This document shows, piece by piece, positions 56,631 to 64,000 of a stretch of 64,000 nucleotides of DNA. Position 1 is the stretch's first letter. Each line of letters begins with the position of its first letter. The notes under the pieces are model-generated. The model was not told the origin of the DNA, did not search any database, and saw nothing but the letters and a program-made list of their open reading frames with translations. Source of the stretch: an uncultured Mycoplasmatota bacterium (GTDB taxonomy: Bacteria; Bacillota_I; Bacilli_A; RF39; UBA660); contig CAMMWS010000002.1 in assembly GCA_946500695.1 (NCBI GenBank), forward strand, positions 1,607 through 65,606, in the 5' to 3' direction. Both the position numbers and the translations under genes were made by a program.

Positions 56631-57462
56631 ATTTATTATTATCAAGATATTCTTTATAGGCAATAGACTTAGGAATGCCTCTTTCTTTTGCTACTAACTT
56701 AATAGCTTCATTCTTAGTATTACCATCTTTTATATAAAAATTAACATGTTCTACAATACTCATGCTATTAAAGTCAAATTCTAAAACAGCACCTTCTACC
56801 ACAATAACAAATTCTCCCTTAATAGGAAAGTTCCTTGTCAATACTTCACTTATTTTACCTCTAATCGCTTGTTCATACTTTTTAGATATTTCTCTAACTA
56901 CACAAATATTTCTATCCCCAAAGACTTCTTTAATATTATTTAAAGTATCGATTAATCTATGAGGAGCCTCATAAAATATTAGAGTATAAGGATGATTTTT
57001 TAAAGACTCTAATTCTTTTATCTGTTTATTTTTCTTAGCATTAAGAAAACCATAAAAAGTAAAAGGTTGAGGTACTAGAGCAGATATTGTTAAAGCAGGA
57101 ACAAAGGCTGTAGCCCCTGGCAAACTCACTATATTATAATTATGTAAAGAAATATAGTCAACAATTCTATACCCAGGATCACTAATTAAAGGAGTACCCT
57201 GATCAGTAACTAAACCTACATTTAAACCAGACTCTAAAAAGCCAAGCACCTTATCTTTTATTTTATCTTCATTAAATTCATGACAACTAACTAACTTCCT
57301 TTTAATGTTATATTTACAAAGTAGCTTAGAAGTCTCCCTAGTATCTTCACAAAGTATAACATCAACAAGTTCTAAAGTTTTTAATCCTCTAATCGTAATA
57401 TCATCTAAATTACCAATAGGTGTAGGTATTAAATACAAACTAGGCTTATCCATTAATATCAC
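56629..57462 (-). CDS. rsmI: 16S rRNA (cytidine1402-2'-O)-methyltransferase
   Basis: LYLIPTPIGNLDDIT, CEDTR and ISDPG motifs (tetrapyrrole-methylase fold). Confidence 0.92.
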   Translation of the reverse strand: MILMDKPSLYLIPTPIGNLDDITIRGLKTLELVDVILCEDTRETSKLLCKYNIKRKLVSCHEFNEDKIKDKVLGFLESGLNVGLVTDQGTPLISDPGYRIVDYISLHNYNIVSLPGATAFVPALTISALVPQPFTFYGFLNAKKNKQIKELESLKNHPYTLIFYEAPHRLIDTLNNIKEVFGDRNICVVREISKKYEQAIRGKISEVLTRNFPIKGEFVIVVEGAVLEFDFNSMSIVEHVNFYIKDGNTKNEAIKLVAKERGIPKSIAYKEYLDNNK

Positions 57463-57486
57463 TTTTTCCTTTCACAATTATTGTTC

Positions 57487-58038
57487 CTATATAAATTCTA
57501 ATAATTCTTTAAATTCTGTATATCCAGACTCTGAATTAAGATGTCCTCCATCATCAATAACAATTTGTTTAGTAGCAATTAAATCTGCAAACTCTTTTTC
57601 TACTTCATATTTAACATATGGATCATTTTTAGTATAAAAACAAATTATATCATCGCAATAATTTTTAATATCTTCTAAATTATCTAAATACATAGTTTTA
57701 TTTACAGTATCATAATCCTCATCAATACCAAGATAATTATTAAAACCACAAACAAACACTAGTCTTTTAACTCTAACTTTATTTTCTATTAAAAACTTAC
57801 AAATAAATACAGGTGCAATAGAATGAGCAAAAATAGTTGTATTTTCATTTAATATTCCTGCATCTAAATAAGATTTAAGTAATCTAGACCAATTTGTATA
57901 ATTTTGATAACCTACACCAGTAGGAAAATCTGGAGTATACACTTCTAAATTTTTCTTTTCTATCTCACCTCTCAAATATGGAATAAAATTAACAAAAGGA
58001 CTTCCAAAACTCCCATGTACTAAAATATAATTATTCAT
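57487..58038 (-). CDS. Alpha/beta serine hydrolase (YdeN/RBBP9-like)
   Basis: ILVHGSFGSP opening, nucleophile elbow FAHSIAP, C-terminal GGH; 183 aa. Confidence 0.55.
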   Translation of the reverse strand: MNNYILVHGSFGSPFVNFIPYLRGEIEKKNLEVYTPDFPTGVGYQNYTNWSRLLKSYLDAGILNENTTIFAHSIAPVFICKFLIENKVRVKRLVFVCGFNNYLGIDEDYDTVNKTMYLDNLEDIKNYCDDIICFYTKNDPYVKYEVEKEFADLIATKQIVIDDGGHLNSESGYTEFKELLEFI

Positions 58039-58735
58039 TATCTTTATCCTCCTCTAAAATAATAGGTTTCAAAACCTTTAATCCATGTTCCTTACCACTC
58101 TTCCTGGCCTCTATCAAAACAAGTTTAGAAATACTATCTAAATCATGGTAAATAAACTGTACCTCTTTAATTGCCAACTTATTTTCTATTAAAGTATCTC
58201 TAACTTCAAAAAGTCTATCAGCACGACTTACTAAGAATAAGCCCCCTCCATCTCTTAAATAAATCTTTGATAGACGTGCCACATCACTAATAATCATATC
58301 ACCTTCATGTCTAGCCATCTTCAAATATTCTTTATCACTAACGATAGATTCGTTATCTAAAAGAAAATATGGTGGATTACAAACTATAATATCAATAGAA
58401 TTAATAAGAAAATGCTTATCTAAATTATTAATATCATCATTAATAACTTTAATTCTATCCTCTAAATAATTATCTTTTATTGTCATCTCTGAAAGCTTAG
58501 AAGCTTTATCATCTTTTTCAATTCCTACCATTTTTATATTAGTTCTAGTAGAAAGAAGTAAAGGTATAGTCATAAGTCCACTACCAAACTCCACTAATAG
58601 TTTATCTTTACTTTTTATTTTAACAAAATTAGAAAGAGCAAGGTTATCAGTAGTAATCTTAAAATAGTCATCATCATAGTAGAATATTAAGTTCTTACCA
58701 TTATGTAAAAACTCCATTTTTTTATTCATTAACAC
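58031..58735 (-). CDS. SAM-dependent N6-adenine methyltransferase (YabB / tRNA m6A37 TrmN6-like)
   Basis: EFGSGLM (motif I) and IVCNPPYF (NPPY motif IV); synteny with yaaT and rsmI. Confidence 0.7.
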   Translation of the reverse strand: MLMNKKMEFLHNGKNLIFYYDDDYFKITTDNLALSNFVKIKSKDKLLVEFGSGLMTIPLLLSTRTNIKMVGIEKDDKASKLSEMTIKDNYLEDRIKVINDDINNLDKHFLINSIDIIVCNPPYFLLDNESIVSDKEYLKMARHEGDMIISDVARLSKIYLRDGGGLFLVSRADRLFEVRDTLIENKLAIKEVQFIYHDLDSISKLVLIEARKSGKEHGLKVLKPIILEEDKDNE

Positions 58736-59501
58736 TAAATTCCATTACTCCCTTATCTTTAAACTCTGCTTTATATGTTCTTTTAAATACATCTACTTCT
58801 GTAACTTTACCCAACCCTTCACTAGTTTCCACTAAACTACCAATATTAGGTAATCCTTTTTTTAACTCAGTATAAACTTCATCTTCATAATTAAGACAAC
58901 AAAGAAGCCGACCACAAAGCCCATTTATCTTGGTAGGATTTAAAGCCAAAAATTGATTTTTTGCCATATTAATTGAAACACTAGTAAAATCAGTTAAAAA
59001 TGTACTGCAACACAAAAATAAACCACAAGGTCCAAGACCACCTACTTTTTTAGCTCTATCTCTAACACCAACTTGTCTAAGTTCAATTCTTGTTTTATAT
59101 TTTTGAGCTAAAATTTTTGCAAGTTCTCTAAAATCAACTCTATTATCAGCAACATAAGAAAAAAACAATTGTTTTCTATCAAAAGTATAAAATGATGAAA
59201 TAAAATGCATATCCAAGTCTAATTCTAATGCTTTAGTGGAAGCAAAAGAAAGAGCTTTCACACTATCTTCTCTATTTTTAACATGTTGTTCTCTATCCTT
59301 CTTCGTAGCAACTCTAACAAACCTTGAATTTATATCAATATTATCAAGATCTTCTATACTAACAACGGAAGCAATTTTAAGTAAATCATTATTATTAACA
59401 ACAATGTCCCAACCTACCTTAAAAAAAGTATTTGAAGGATATTCTATATAATCATAATCACTGAATAATTCATCTATATAAGAAATTTTCAATAATTTCA
59501 T
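58722..59501 (-). CDS. ricT: PSP1-domain protein RicT (YaaT)
   Basis: PSP1 C-terminal domain with Cys cluster GPCGLFLCC...CGRLLCC; follows holB. Confidence 0.85.
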   Translation of the reverse strand: MKLLKISYIDELFSDYDYIEYPSNTFFKVGWDIVVNNNDLLKIASVVSIEDLDNIDINSRFVRVATKKDREQHVKNREDSVKALSFASTKALELDLDMHFISSFYTFDRKQLFFSYVADNRVDFRELAKILAQKYKTRIELRQVGVRDRAKKVGGLGPCGLFLCCSTFLTDFTSVSINMAKNQFLALNPTKINGLCGRLLCCLNYEDEVYTELKKGLPNIGSLVETSEGLGKVTEVDVFKRTYKAEFKDKGVMEFSVNE

Positions 59502-59503
59502 AA

Positions 59504-60340
59504 CTACACCTCCATAAGTGAAATTAATAAATTATCAATCCATAATTTCATATTAACATTATATTTCAACTTATTCAAGGCATCAGCAAGAATAGAAACT
59601 ACTAAAACTATTTCTTCAAGATTATTATTATCATTTTTATTTAACATTACTTCATAATATCTAAGTAAATCTTTTATAAATGCAATAGCAGTTACCTTAT
59701 CTTTAAAAAAATTATTATTATAATAATTAAATTTTAACAACAAATCATAATCTTTTCTTTTGTTAATATCATTAATAAACTCAAGTACCTCATCAGAAAA
59801 ATAGTTATCATTAGTTTCTTCATATCTAAGGCTCATAATCTGACACCTAGACCTAATAGTATCTAAAATATTATATTGATTGCTAGTAACAAAAATAGCT
59901 ACCACACCTTCACTAGGCTCTTCTAAAAACTTTAATATTGTATTAGAAGCACTAACATTCATCTTCTCACATTCATAAACAACATATACTTTTCTTGTAT
60001 TATATAATGACTTACTAGAAAACTCATCTCTAATAAACAGCAATTGTTCTTTTTTTATCTGATTATTAACAGGATTAATTTCTATATAATCTGGGAACTC
60101 TTTATTTTCAATCAAATGAAACAACTTATCTAAAGGCACAGTAACATCACTATTTTTATATGAATCCTCATATATTTTCTTTACTAAAAAAAGAATGTAT
60201 TTTTTCACTACATCAATACTATTATTATTAGTTTCTACTAAATAAGCATGGGATAAAAAGCCCTTATTAAGAGCTTTAGTTATTTGATTATAAAATTTAG
60301 GTTGCAAAGACTCAACATCTAAATTCATTACTGCATCCAC
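59504..60340 (-). CDS. holB: DNA polymerase III delta-prime subunit
   Basis: SHAYLVE, NTILKFLEEP and TIRSRCQ motifs; 278 aa. Confidence 0.8.
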   Translation of the reverse strand: MDAVMNLDVESLQPKFYNQITKALNKGFLSHAYLVETNNNSIDVVKKYILFLVKKIYEDSYKNSDVTVPLDKLFHLIENKEFPDYIEINPVNNQIKKEQLLFIRDEFSSKSLYNTRKVYVVYECEKMNVSASNTILKFLEEPSEGVVAIFVTSNQYNILDTIRSRCQIMSLRYEETNDNYFSDEVLEFINDINKRKDYDLLLKFNYYNNNFFKDKVTAIAFIKDLLRYYEVMLNKNDNNNLEEIVLVVSILADALNKLKYNVNMKLWIDNLLISLMEV

Positions 60341-60343
60341 CTC

Positions 60344-60529
60344 TTAGAACATTAATACTTTTAACAAAGCCAAAACAAAAAGCATTGGAAAACCTAATAT
60401 ACTAACTGAACCTACTGTAAAAATATTAATTGGAATAACTAAATTAAATCTCGTTGCAATTAAATTATATCCATATAATATAAATGCACTAATTATTATT
60501 TTTTTTAAATATTGCCAGATTTTTTTCAA
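60344..60529 (-). CDS. bofA: BofA-family pro-sigma-K processing inhibitor
   Basis: 61 aa, two TMs. NLVIPINIFTVGSVSILGFPMLFVL resembles B. subtilis BofA GIHVPINLVTTAISGILGIPG. Same position after recR. Confidence 0.6.
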   Translation of the reverse strand: MKKIWQYLKKIIISAFILYGYNLIATRFNLVIPINIFTVGSVSILGFPMLFVLALLKVLMF

Positions 60530-60569
60530 AAGCCTTCACCCAATAAATTATATGAAAAGGCTTGTTGTA

Positions 60570-61166
60570 TTATGAAACTTCTTTTCTATCTTCCAAAGCT
60601 CTTTCAAGTGTAAGAGTATCAAGATATTCCATATCAGCACCGATTGGAACTCCACTTGCAAGCCTTGTTACAACAATATTCATTCCTTCTAATATTTTTT
60701 TTATATACAAAGATGTAATTTCACCTTCTACACTAGGTTTTAAAGCTAAAATAACTTCTTTAATATTTTCTTTTTTAACTCTATCCAATAATTTATCCAA
60801 ACCTATATCTTCAGGATTTATATCATCCAAAGGAGAAATAAGTCCATTTATAACATGATACATACCTTTATAAGTACCAAGTTTTTCAAAAAGAAATACT
60901 ATCTTAGAATCTTCAACAACCAAAATAGTATTCTTTTCTCTTAAATCAGATTCACAAATTGAACATACTTCTTTATCAGTAAGAGAATTACAAATTTTAC
61001 ATGGATGAATACTATTTTTTACATCTTCCAAATTTTCTTGCAACAATTTAAATTTATCTTCATCAAAATTTAAAACAGAAAAAGCCATCCGTTCAGCAGT
61101 TTTTTCTCCTATACCCGAAAAATTTTGAAAACTTTCAATTAAACTTTTTAAACTTTCAGGATACAT
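60570..61166 (-). CDS. recR: Recombination protein RecR
   Basis: HhH N-terminus (FQNFSGIGEKTAERMAF), C4 zinc finger CKICNSL...CSIC, Toprim domain. Confidence 0.96.
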   Translation of the reverse strand: MYPESLKSLIESFQNFSGIGEKTAERMAFSVLNFDEDKFKLLQENLEDVKNSIHPCKICNSLTDKEVCSICESDLREKNTILVVEDSKIVFLFEKLGTYKGMYHVINGLISPLDDINPEDIGLDKLLDRVKKENIKEVILALKPSVEGEITSLYIKKILEGMNIVVTRLASGVPIGADMEYLDTLTLERALEDRKEVS

Positions 61167-61462
61167 TAAAACAACCCTGGAACTGAACTAAAACGTCCCA
61201 TTTTTTCTTCCGTTACTTTATCAACTTGTTTCATCGCATCATTAGTAGCAATTACTATCATAGCCTGAAGCATTTCTAAATCATCACTTGAAAAATCAGA
61301 ATCTTTTTCTATATTAACTTCTAAAATTTCTTTTTTTCCATTAATTTTAACTGTTACTAAGCCATTAGTACTAGAAAATTCCATCTTATCTATTTCATCT
61401 TTAGCTTTCATCATATCACTTTGTAGTTTTTGAGCTTGTTTCATCATTGCTTGTATATTCAT
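61166..61462 (-). CDS. ybaB: Nucleoid-associated protein YbaB/EbfC
   Basis: MMKQAQKLQSDMMKAKDE...; 98 aa; between dnaX and recR. Confidence 0.93.
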   Translation of the reverse strand: MNIQAMMKQAQKLQSDMMKAKDEIDKMEFSSTNGLVTVKINGKKEILEVNIEKDSDFSSDDLEMLQAMIVIATNDAMKQVDKVTEEKMGRFSSVPGLF

Positions 61463-61477
61463 AATTATTCCTTCTTT

Positions 61478-63169
61478 CTATTCAACTTCTACTAAATCTC
61501 CAAACATCTCAATCGTTTTATTAATCAAGTCATCAGACTCATTACTTATTTTATCATCTTCTTTTAAAGTATTCAATACAGGTTCTTCCTGATAAATGAA
61601 TTGTTTACCTTGCTTATGAAGATTAACATATTCATTTCTTAACTCATTCCATTTTGTCGTTGTAATAAAAGCGATTTTCTTAGATGAGCCTGTTTTTTCA
61701 TTATAAAATTCATTTAATTTATTAAAATGATTACTTAACTTATCAACTAAACCATCATAATCATAACTAATAATAATATTTTTAGGACTTGAAGCTCTAA
61801 CCTTTCCATCAAGAAGTTCACAAGCAAGATAACCATTATTAGAATCAAATGTATAATCATTAAGTTTTTCAAGGTTAGCAATCTCTTTATTAAGTTCATC
61901 TTTAACTGCTTCTATCATTGTATTCTTACTTCTTATTAGCATCAATTCTTTATACTTTTCAGTTTGCTCATTATTTTTTTGAACAACTTCTGTTGATAAA
62001 GTTTTTTCTTTATTTTCTTTTTCCGCAGACTCTGTGAATATAGTTTTTTCTTCTTTTACAGGTCTTACATAAGAAGATTCACTAGTATTATTAGCAATTA
62101 CTTGACTATTAATTTCAACCTTAGAATCTTTATTTTTATGTTCATTAATATAATGTAATAAGAATATCTCTACCGATAACCTAACATCGTCCGCTTTTTT
62201 TAACTCTACAAGATGTTCATTTAATAAATTAAGAAAGTTAACAAGCCCTTTTTCATCAAAAGAAAGTGAAGAATTATTTAAATAATAATCAAACAGTTCA
62301 TCTTTTATAAGAATCATCAGCTGTTTAACCACTTGTATTAAATTTTTACCATCTTGATAATAACTTTCAATTGCCAAAAGAACATCACTTATTTCAAAAG
62401 AAAATATTAAACTCTCTAGTTTTTTTAACTCATCATCATTAACTTCTCCATTTATCTCATAAAAGTCATTTAAAGTAATCTCATCAGTACAAAAAGCTCT
62501 TAGTTTATCAAGAAGTCCAATAGCATCACGTAACCCTCCATCAGAAGTCTGAGCTATTTTATGAAGAACCTTATCATCAACTTTAATATTCTCATCAGCA
62601 ACTATTTCAGCAAGTCTTTTTACAATATCATCATTACTAATCTTCTTAAAAGAATACCACTGACATCTAGATATAATAGTAGCAGGAATTTTCTCCGGAT
62701 CTGTAGTTGCTAATATGAAAATTACATGTTCTGGAGGCTCTTCAATAGTTTTAAGTAAAGCATTAAAAGCCCCAATCGACAACATATGAACTTCATCTAT
62801 AATATATACTTTATATTTTAATTCACTAGGTAAAATATTAACTTTGCTACGAAGTTCTCTTATTTCATCAACTCCATTATTAGATGCAGCATCTATTTCA
62901 ATAATATCCATACACTCTTTTGAAAAAGAATATAAGCAACTTTTACATTTTCCACAGGCAACACCATCAACTGGTTCTGAACAGTTAACAGATCTTGCAA
63001 ATATCTTTGCAATTGTTGTCTTACCAGTACCTCTAGGTCCAGAAAATAAATAGGCATGATTTATATGATTATATTTAATAGCATTTTTTAAAGTATTAAC
63101 TACTACATTCTGTCCAACAACATCATCAAAAACTGTAGGTCTATATTTACGATATAAAGCTTGATACAT
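61478..63169 (-). CDS. dnaX: DNA polymerase III tau/gamma subunit
   Basis: YRKYRP, HAYLFSGPRGTGKTT, zinc module CGKCKSC, IIDEVHML and SRCQ. Confidence 0.96.
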   Translation of the reverse strand: MYQALYRKYRPTVFDDVVGQNVVVNTLKNAIKYNHINHAYLFSGPRGTGKTTIAKIFARSVNCSEPVDGVACGKCKSCLYSFSKECMDIIEIDAASNNGVDEIRELRSKVNILPSELKYKVYIIDEVHMLSIGAFNALLKTIEEPPEHVIFILATTDPEKIPATIISRCQWYSFKKISNDDIVKRLAEIVADENIKVDDKVLHKIAQTSDGGLRDAIGLLDKLRAFCTDEITLNDFYEINGEVNDDELKKLESLIFSFEISDVLLAIESYYQDGKNLIQVVKQLMILIKDELFDYYLNNSSLSFDEKGLVNFLNLLNEHLVELKKADDVRLSVEIFLLHYINEHKNKDSKVEINSQVIANNTSESSYVRPVKEEKTIFTESAEKENKEKTLSTEVVQKNNEQTEKYKELMLIRSKNTMIEAVKDELNKEIANLEKLNDYTFDSNNGYLACELLDGKVRASSPKNIIISYDYDGLVDKLSNHFNKLNEFYNEKTGSSKKIAFITTTKWNELRNEYVNLHKQGKQFIYQEEPVLNTLKEDDKISNESDDLINKTIEMFGDLVEVE

Positions 63170-63239
63170 AATGTTTTCACCTCACTAAACACAATTAGTA
63201 TAACAAACAAAACAAGAAAATAACATATAAAACATTTGT

Positions 63240-63698
63240 TCAATTTCGTTTTTTCTTAAAAAAATCACTTAACAATTTTACATCTTCACTTTTAAACTCT
63301 GAAATATTTAATTTTACTTTTTCCACAGGCTTGTTGGCATCTTCTAAATCAAAGATATCATTGACGAGTTTTCGTATATTTTCATTACTATTATCTAATA
63401 AATAAACGACCTTACTAATCCTGGATTGTTTAATAGCACTACCACACATAGGACATGGTTCTAATGTTACATACATCACAGAATCAGTTAACCTCCAGTT
63501 ATTAATTTTTCCACAGGCATTTTTAATCGCAATCAATTCAGCATGATCAAGAGAACATTGGCACTCTTCCTTTCTATTATGAGCAGAAGAAATAACTTCT
63601 CCGTTTTGAACAATAACAGCACCAACTGGCACTTCATCATTAGCATAAGCTTTCTTCGCCTCTTCTATAGCCAACAACATGTATTGATAATCATTCAT
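63240..63698 (-). CDS. tadA: tRNA-specific adenosine deaminase
   Basis: CDA zinc motifs HAELIAI and PCPMCGSAI; 152 aa. Confidence 0.93.
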   Translation of the reverse strand: MNDYQYMLLAIEEAKKAYANDEVPVGAVIVQNGEVISSAHNRKEECQCSLDHAELIAIKNACGKINNWRLTDSVMYVTLEPCPMCGSAIKQSRISKVVYLLDNSNENIRKLVNDIFDLEDANKPVEKVKLNISEFKSEDVKLLSDFFKKKRN

Positions 63699-63721
63699 AT
63701 AGTAATCTCCTTTTTATAGTA

Positions 63722-63803
63722 TAAAAAAAGTGCACATAAATTAAATTTGTTAAGGCTGCTATGTTTCCATCCTGACCTGATTCCAAACTAATTTATTGCA
63801 CGT
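63722..63803 (-). ncRNA. ffs: Small (4.5S-type) signal recognition particle RNA
   Basis: Minus strand: GTGCAATAAATTAGTTTGGAATCAGGTCAGGATGGAAACATAGCAGCCTTAACAAATTTAATTTATGTGCAC. Conserved domain IV AGGUCAGG / AGCAGCC loops flank an AUG-GAAA-CAU GNRA hairpin. The ends pair as 5 + 8 bp (one bulged G). T-run follows. Confidence 0.8.
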
Positions 63804-63807
63804 TTAA

Positions 63808-63836
63808 AGTATACAAGAAAATAAATATTATTTCAA
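63808..63836 (-). promoter_or_regulatory. Sigma-A promoter of the SRP RNA (TTGAAA-17-TATACT)
   Basis: -10 = reverse complement of 63808-63813; -35 = reverse complement of 63831-63836. The predicted start is 6-7 nt downstream, at the first base of the SRP helix. Confidence 0.7.
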
Positions 63837-63860
63837 GCATAAAGATAATAAAAGGATAGC

Positions 63861-63884
63861 AAATTATTTCCCGGGAAATAATTT
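63861..63884. repeat. 24-bp perfect palindrome AAATTATTTCCCGGGAAATAATTT, copy 2
   Basis: Identical to 56607-56630; 25 nt upstream of the SRP RNA -35. Confidence 0.9.
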
Positions 63885-63986
63885 TACTACTTCTCTATAT
63901 AGATTTATTCACATTTTTTATATGTTTCACGTGGAACATTATATATAAGTACTAAAATAATACGTCTCTAATACTCATTTCTATCC

Positions 63987-64000
63987 AAATTATTTCCCGG
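63987..64000. repeat. Left half of the same palindrome, copy 3 (cut by the window end)
   Basis: aaattatttcccgg, identical to the first 14 nt of the element; 126 bp from copy 2. Confidence 0.7.

Overview
Very AT-rich 64-kb chromosomal segment (composition judged by eye, not computed). All but four protein genes are on the minus strand. All calls rest on motif recognition, synteny and hand translation; no database search was possible. Read right to left, gene order is collinear with the origin-proximal region of Bacillus subtilis: small SRP RNA, tadA, dnaX, ybaB, recR, bofA, holB, yaaT/ricT, yabB-like methyltransferase, rsmI, pth, mfd, spoVT, metG (T-box leader), tatD, yabE-like 3D-domain gene, ksgA, yabG, veg, spoVG, yabP, yabQ, divIC, tilS, ftsH, mscL, dusB, lysS, clpC, cysS, mrnC, rlmB and a sigH-like sigma factor. 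These are followed by uvrA, lgt, trxB, yvcK, whiA and the start of the str operon (rpsL, rpsG, fusA partial). The host is therefore a low-GC, endospore-forming member of the Bacillota using the standard code (TGA is a stop). I cannot assign a genus. Several accessory or unusual segments stand out against this backbone. (1) 40670-45996: an archaeal/ER-type (SipW-like) signal peptidase operon with five paralogous TasA/camelysin-like secreted proteins and two uncharacterised membrane proteins, inserted between yabE-like and ksgA; this is my best candidate for an undescribed surface-fibre system. (2) 50373-52958: three unknown genes between mfd and spoVT, including a ~919-bp tandem duplication that copies the mfd 3' end plus a consensus promoter in front of two strongly diverged paralogues. 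(3) 33195-33472: an unannotated 30-codon hydrophobic ORF with a sequestered Shine-Dalgarno and a long 5'-3' closing helix (type I toxin-like). (4) 21790-24472: an AAA ATPase plus AlbA_2/Schlafen-like gene pair with a 12-bp x5 tandem repeat between them. (5) A sigH-like gene followed by a tail-anchored pseudokinase-like protein. (6) A 24-bp perfect palindrome present three times. (7) Two ORFs separated by a single in-frame TGA. No rRNA, tRNA, CRISPR array, transposase or integrase was seen.
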